The notes under the pieces were generated by a model, which ran no database searches, was not told the DNA's origin, and was given only the letters and a program-made list of their open reading frames with translations. 64,000 bases of DNA from Terriglobia bacterium. Lineage in GTDB: Bacteria > Acidobacteriota > Polarisedimenticolia > Polarisedimenticolales > JAIQFR01. The stretch spans positions 832,001 through 896,000 of the forward strand of contig CAVVHE010000008.1 in NCBI GenBank assembly GCA_963748015.1. The letters run 5' to 3'. Of the stretch, positions 58,765 through 64,000 are shown in pieces. The position numbers were made by a program, and so were the translations under genes. Each line of letters starts with the position of its first letter. Within the stretch, counting starts at the first letter, position 1.

Positions 58765-58884
58765 GCTCCCCCGGATGCCGGCGCCCCGCGCCCCGGTCGG
58801 GATCATCGTACGGCAACGCGCCCTTCGCCGGCCACGGGTTTCGAGATTGAGCCGGGTCTCCCGGGTTGGTAGACTGCGCGCGCC

Positions 58885-59769
58885 ATGACGGGCCCCCGAA
58901 TCATCGACGCGCTTCGCTCGTTCGACCGGCCCCGGGGAGCGCGCGCCGTCGCGCTCGCGCTGGGCGAATGGTGCCTGGCCCTCGAAGGTCTCGACGACGC
59001 ACTCGCCGACACGCTGGAGTCGAGGTGGGCGGGCTTCACCGTGTCCGCCGGTGATGCCGCGCCGATGCGGGTCCTCCGCGTGGTCCGGGGGGGCGAGTCC
59101 CTGTGGCTGCCGCACTGGCAGCCGTTCGAGCGCTACCGGATCGAGGGCGGGGTGGAGGTCGGGGTGCCGTTCGCGCGCTCCTATCACTTCGCCCTGGCTC
59201 CCGACGCGAGGGGCGGATCGTGGCGCCTCGCCCTGGCGGACGAGGCCGACGAGCCGATCGAGCGGGTGGTCGAGAACGTCGTCCGGTACGTGGTGGCCCG
59301 TATCGCCGCGGAAGCCGGCGGCTTCGCTCTCCACGGGGCGTCGGTGCTGCGCGGAGGGCGCGCGTACGTGTTCGCGGGGCCCTCCCGTTCGGGCAAGAGC
59401 ACCGCGGTGGCCCTGTCCGCGCCGGCGGCGAGCCTCGGCGACGACTTTGCCGTGCTGCTGCCTCACGGAGCCGAGTGGCGCGCGCCGGCGCTGCCTTTCG
59501 ACAGCAGCGAGCATGCCCCGCCGAAGCCCGAGACCGCGCTCTTCCCGGTCGCGGGGATCTGGCGCCTGTTCCAGGCGGTCGAGTCGCGGCTCGAGAAGGT
59601 CCCGCCGGCGATCGCGGCGGCCTCGCTCATGGGGTGCGCCGCGTTCCCGTGGGCGATGCCCGACCTCTCCGAGCCGGTGCTGGAGCACGTGCACCGCTAC
59701 GTCGGCGGCGCCGTGTTCGCCCACCTCCACTTCCGGAAGACTCCCGATTTCTGGGACCTGCTCCCCTGA
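58885..59769 (+). CDS. HPr kinase-related P-loop kinase
   Basis: LHGASV..GRAYVFAGPSRSGKST, LGDD. Confidence 0.75.
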   Translation: MTGPRIIDALRSFDRPRGARAVALALGEWCLALEGLDDALADTLESRWAGFTVSAGDAAPMRVLRVVRGGESLWLPHWQPFERYRIEGGVEVGVPFARSYHFALAPDARGGSWRLALADEADEPIERVVENVVRYVVARIAAEAGGFALHGASVLRGGRAYVFAGPSRSGKSTAVALSAPAASLGDDFAVLLPHGAEWRAPALPFDSSEHAPPKPETALFPVAGIWRLFQAVESRLEKVPPAIAAASLMGCAAFPWAMPDLSEPVLEHVHRYVGGAVFAHLHFRKTPDFWDLLP

Positions 59770-59772
59770 TCG

Positions 59773-59931
59773 TCAGAAGACCGTGTAGATGAAGGGGGCG
59801 AGGGCGCTTCCGGCGGTGAGGGCGATCACGAGGCCGAGCAGGAGCAGCACGATCACGATCGGCAGCAGCCAGTACTTCTTTCGAGTCCTGAGGAAGTACC
59901 AGACTTCCGCGATCGTCGAGGCTCGGCCCAT
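59773..59931 (-). CDS. SxtK/DUF5989-like small membrane protein (52 aa)
   Basis: Translated by hand: MGRASTIAEVWYFLRTRKKYWLLPIVIVLLLLGLVIALTAGSALAPFIYTVF; absent from the ORF track. Confidence 0.88.
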   Translation of the reverse strand: MGRASTIAEVWYFLRTRKKYWLLPIVIVLLLLGLVIALTAGSALAPFIYTVF

Positions 59932-59986
59932 CGCACTTTCCCCTTTCCCGACGCCTCCGGATACCGCCCGGGGCTTCCCCTACAGC

Positions 59987-60394
59987 CTAGAACATACGCT
60001 CGTATCGCTCCAGCGTGCACTCCTCGGGCGACTTGTCCCGCCAGTACGTCGGCTTCCCGTCCTTCCATGACGTGTCGAGCGGGTCCTTCCGGAACAGGCG
60101 CGACACGAACCCGTAGGGGGTCAGGATCAGGTAGAAGAACACGCCCAGGATGACGCGGGTCGAGACCCAGGACAGGACCTCGGCCAGCTTCATCCAAACG
60201 CGGAACCCCGAGAGCCACGCCCCGGGCGCGACGAACGGCAGGAGCGCCGGCAGCAGGGCGAGCGGAATCAACGCCTTCGCGCGGAAAGGGTGGCCGCGGA
60301 GCCAGAAGAGCGTGCCCAGCGCGACGAGGGCCCCGGCCAGGACGAGGCCGAAGATCTTCGCTTGCCGGGCCTCCGATCGGACTTTTCTCGCCAC
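59987..60394 (-). CDS. SxtJ-family membrane protein
   Basis: IFGLVL, WMKLAEVLSWVSTRVILGVFFYLILTP, KDPL, TYW, YERMF; GGAGG RBS. Confidence 0.85.
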   Translation of the reverse strand: MARKVRSEARQAKIFGLVLAGALVALGTLFWLRGHPFRAKALIPLALLPALLPFVAPGAWLSGFRVWMKLAEVLSWVSTRVILGVFFYLILTPYGFVSRLFRKDPLDTSWKDGKPTYWRDKSPEECTLERYERMF

Positions 60395-60408
60395 GCTCAC
60401 CTCCGCGA

Positions 60409-62242
60409 TCAGTCGGGGACGAACTCGCTCATCCATCGGGTGTCGGGCCGGGGCAGGTTCTGCTCCTTCCGGTCGATCACGAACGGGCCGAGCACGAGAT
60501 AGTCCATGTGCGTGCGGGTGAAGCAGCGCTAGGCGTCCTCCGGGGTGCAGACGATCGGCTCGCCGCGCACGTTGAACGAGGTGTTGACCACGACGGCACA
60601 GCCGGTCTTCTCGGAGAATCGCTCGATGAGGCGGTGGTAGCGCGGGTTGTCGTCGCGCGAGACCGTCTGGATCCGCGCCGAGCAGTCGACGTGGGTGACC
60701 GCGGGGATGATCGAGCGGATCACCTTGAGCTTGTCGAGGCCGGCCGCGCCCCGTCGCGATGGCCGGCAGGCGCTGCCGCGGGTGCACGGGGGCCGACGAG
60801 GAGCATGTACGGGCTCTCCGCTCGGGCAGCTCGAAGTACTCCGCCGCGCGCTCCACCAGCACCGACGGAGCGAACGGCCGGAACGACTCGCGGAACTTGA
60901 TCTTCAGGTTCATCTGGGTCTGCATCTCGCGGCTGCGAGCGTCGCCGATGATCGAGCGCGGCGCCGAGCGCGCGCGGCCCGAACTCCATCCGCCCCTGGA
61001 ACCAGCCGACGACGTGCGTCTTCCATCAATCAGCTCCGCGACCCGGTCCGCCAGGGCGTCGAGATCGCCGTAGCGGTGGGCGACGATGCCCGGTCGGCTT
61101 GATGAACCGGCGATCTCCTCGTCGCCGAACGCGGGACCGAGGAGCGTGCCGCGCTGCAGCGTCGCGCCCACCGGGGTCCACGGCTGCGCGGCGCCGTCCA
61201 GGAGCTGGTGATGCACGAAGAGCGCCGCGCCGAGCGCGCCGCCCGCGTCGCCCGCGGCGGGCTGGATCCAGATGCGCTCGAACGGCCCGTCGCGGAGGAT
61301 CTTCCCGTTCCCGACGCAGTTGAGCGCGACGCCTCCCGCGAGGACGAGGTCGCGGCAACCCGTCTGCTCGTGGGCGAAGCGGGCCATGTTCAGCATGACC
61401 CTCTCGGTGACGGCCTGGATCGAGGCCGCGAGGTCCATCTCCCGCTGGGTCAGCGCCGTCTCGGGGCGCCGCGGCGGCCCGCCGAACAGCCGCTCGAAGC
61501 GCCGGCTCGTCATCCTGAGGCCCACGCAGTAGTCGAAGTAACGCAGGTTGAGCTTGAACGACCCGTCGTCCCTGAGGTCGATCAGCTCGTCGATGATGAC
61601 GTCGGCGTACTTGGGCTCGCCGTAGGGCGCCAGCCCCATCAGCTTGTACTCGCCGCTGTTCACCTTGAAGCCGGTGAAGTAGGTGAACGCGGAATACAGG
61701 AGGCCGAGGGAGTGCGGGAAGTGGATCTCCTTCAGGATGCGGATGCGGTTTCCCTCGCCGAGCCCGAGGCTCGCCGTGGCCCACTCGCCGACGCCGTCGA
61801 GTCGTCAGGATCGCCGCCTGCTCGAAGGGGGAAGGGAAGAACGCGCTGGCCGCGTGGGACTCGTGGTGCTCCGTGAAGAGAATCGGCCCGTCGTAGTCGA
61901 GCTCCTCGCGGATGCTCCTCCCGCATCCAGAGCTTCTTCCTGAGCCAGAGGGGCATCGCCTTGAGGAAGGACGCGATGCCGCTCGGTGCGTACCGGACGT
62001 AGGTCTCGAGCGATGCGCTCGAACTTGAGGAGCGGCTTGTCGTAGAAGACGACGTAGTCGAGCTCGCCGGCGCTCTTCAAGCCTCCTTCGCGCAGGCAGT
62101 ACGCGACGGCGTTTCGCGGGAAATCGAAGTCGTGCTTCTTGCGGGTGAAGCGCTCCTCCTGGGCGGCCGCCACGATGGCGCCGTCCACCACGAGACAGGC
62201 GGCGCTGTCGTGATAGAAGGCGGATATCCCCAGGATGCGCAT
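60409..62242 (-). pseudogene. NodU/CmcH/SxtI-type O-carbamoyltransferase, frameshifted and with an in-frame TAG
   Basis: ILGISAFYHDSAA, QEERFTRKKHD, EHHESHAAS, SGEYKLMGLAPYG, AGGVALNC, FRESFRPFAP and NTSFN lie in several frames; TAG at 60529-60531 in EDA*RCF. Confidence 0.85.
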
Positions 62243-62253
62243 CGGTTGCACCG

Positions 62254-64000
62254 TCACCAGCCGCAGACCTTGCCCTTGTTCTGCTCGTCGAGCCACTTCT
62301 TGAGGGGCGCGAAGTAGTCGAGGATCGCGGTCGCGTCCATCCTGCGTCTCGCCGGTCAGCGCCGCGAGGGCCTCGGGCCACGGCTTGGACTGTCCCATCT
62401 CGAGCATCCGGTTGAACTTGGCGCCGACTTCCTTGTTGCCGTAGATCGAGCAGCGGTGGAGCGGCCCCGAGATCCCGGCGTCGCGGCAGAGCGCCCGGTC
62501 GAACTGGAACTGCATGATGCCCGCCAGGAAGTACCGGGTGTACGGCGTGTTCGCCGGGACGTGGTACTTGGCTCCCGGATCGAAGTCGGCCTCGGTGCGG
62601 GGGAGCGGGGGAGCGACGCCCTGGTACCTCCGCCGCAGCTCCCACCACGTCTTGTTGTAGTCCGCGGGCCTGATCTCGCCCGAGAAGACCTTCCATCGCC
62701 ACTGGTCCACGATCAGCCCGAACGGCAGGAACGCGACCTTGTCGAGGGCCATGCGCATGAGCAATCCGACGTCGGCCCCCTGCGCGGGCGCCCGGTCGAG
62801 GAGCCCGACCTTCACGAGGTACTCGGGCGTGATCGAGAGCGCGATGGCGTCGCCGATCGCCTCGTGGAACCCGTCGTGGGCGCCGCTCGCGAAGAGGGGA
62901 GGCTGGCGGTTGTAGGCGCGCTGGTAGAAGTTGTGCCCCAGCTCGTGATGGACCGTGGTGAAATCCACGCCGGTGATCTGGATGCACATCTTGAGGCGCA
63001 GGTCGTCCTTCCAGTCGATGTCCCACGCGCTGGCGTGGCAGACGACGTCGCGGTCGCGCGGCTTCGTGAACAGCGAGCGGTCCCAGAAGGACATCGGGAG
63101 GGGCGCGAAGCCGAGCGACGTGAAGAACCGCTCGCCGTACCGGACCATCTCCTTCGCGTCGAGCTTCTTCGCCCGCAGCAGCGCGGTCACGTCGACGCCG
63201 GACTCGTCCTTCGCGGGCTTCAGAAAGTCGTAGAGGTTCCCCCACTCCTGGGCCCACATGTTCCCGAAGAGGTGGGCGGGGACCGGCTTGCCGTCGGGGA
63301 CGAGGCCCTTGCCGTAGCGCTCCTGCAGCTTCGAGCGCACGTAGCAGTGGAGCGACTCGTAGAGCGGCCGCACCTGCTCCCAGAGGCGGTCCACCTCCTT
63401 CGCGAACTCGTCGGGGGGCATGTCGTACCCGGAGCGCCACAGGGCTCCGAGGTCCGCGAAGCCGAGCTCCCGCGCCCCCTCGTTCGCGAGGGTCGCGAAT
63501 CGCTCGTACTTCGGTCGGAGGGGCCGGCCGATGGCGTGCCAGCCGGTCCACAGATCGAGCAACTCCTTGGGATCCTGGCTCGACGCCAGGCGATCCTCGA
63601 TCGCGGCCAGGTCCATGCACTCCTTGCCCGGCGGGCAGTACTGCCCCTTCCCGTACGCCCCCTCCATCGACGCCGCGATTTGCGACAGCTCCGCCTGCTT
63701 GGCGGAATCGCTCGGCGCCACGAGTGCCAGGGAGACCTTGAGGAGCTTGATCTTCCGCGCGACGTCGGAGGGGAGGTCGAGCCCGTCGAAGCGGGTGGCC
63801 AGGGAGGCGAGGCGCATGGTCGCCGCGATCACCGCCTGGCGGGCGTCCGCCGCGATCCGCTCGGTGTCGTCCGTGATGAAGTTGGCCTGCACCCAGGCGC
63901 TGCGCTCGGCCGCGATCCACAGGCCGAGCAGCTCGGACTCGGCCCCCTCGATGAACTTCCGGGCCTCGTCCGCGGTCGCGGTCGAGGCCGCGCTCGGAGT
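62254..64000 (-). CDS. M2 (ACE-like) dipeptidyl carboxypeptidase; N-terminus outside the window; frameshifts near the C-terminus
   Basis: PAHLFGNMWAQEW, VCHASAWD, VHHELGH, GFHEAIGD, DFDPGAKYHVP; the final ILDYFAPLKKWL is in a shifted frame. Confidence 0.92.

Noticed and set aside
60529..60531. Pyrrolysine or programmed TAG readthrough
   Set aside because: The codon is one base from the expected Tyr codon and sits in an indel-rich patch; no pyl genes seen.
59773..62242. Saxitoxin biosynthesis cluster
   Set aside because: No sxtA-like PKS, amidinotransferase or other core genes; the trio alone is not diagnostic.
61805..63892. ACE-carbamoyltransferase fusion (695-aa ORF)
   Set aside because: Frameshifts near the ACE 3' end bypass its stop at 62254-62256; the carbamoyltransferase has its own ATG at 62242.
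1..64000. CRISPR array, tRNA/rRNA, prophage, integron or autonomous IS
   Set aside because: No regularly spaced direct repeats, recognisable stable-RNA sequence, or integrase, transposase or phage genes were seen by eye; a covariance-model scan would be needed to exclude small RNAs.

Overview
A very GC-rich (roughly 70% by eye), densely coding bacterial chromosomal segment from a diderm organism; an Acidobacteriota-like lineage is an inference from gene content, not shown. It holds about 58 mostly housekeeping or accessory CDSs, including ispH, nth, polX, pgi, mtgA, modABC, a sirtuin, several peptidases and an OPT transporter. I saw no rRNA, tRNA, CRISPR array, transposase, integrase or phage genes. 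Top candidates for undescribed biology: (1) a PP2C phosphatase and a LytS-type kinase that share a homologous, colinear membrane sensor domain, followed by a LytTR regulator and a bactofilin-like membrane gene; (2) a 59-aa RiPP-precursor-like ORF at 16999-17178, absent from the ORF track, with a YxxPxI leader motif and a C-terminal Ser, plus an orphan HprK-like kinase about 42 kb away; (3) a ParA fused to a glycogen-binding CBM48 domain, followed by a degenerate ParA paralogue and divergent from a CYTH-CHAD gene; (4) two copies of a ~150-nt structured intergenic element with compensatory base changes, and a nested MITE-like element. Two regions (the CLC channel, and the carbamoyltransferase/ACE genes) carry clustered frameshifts that may be sequencing errors.
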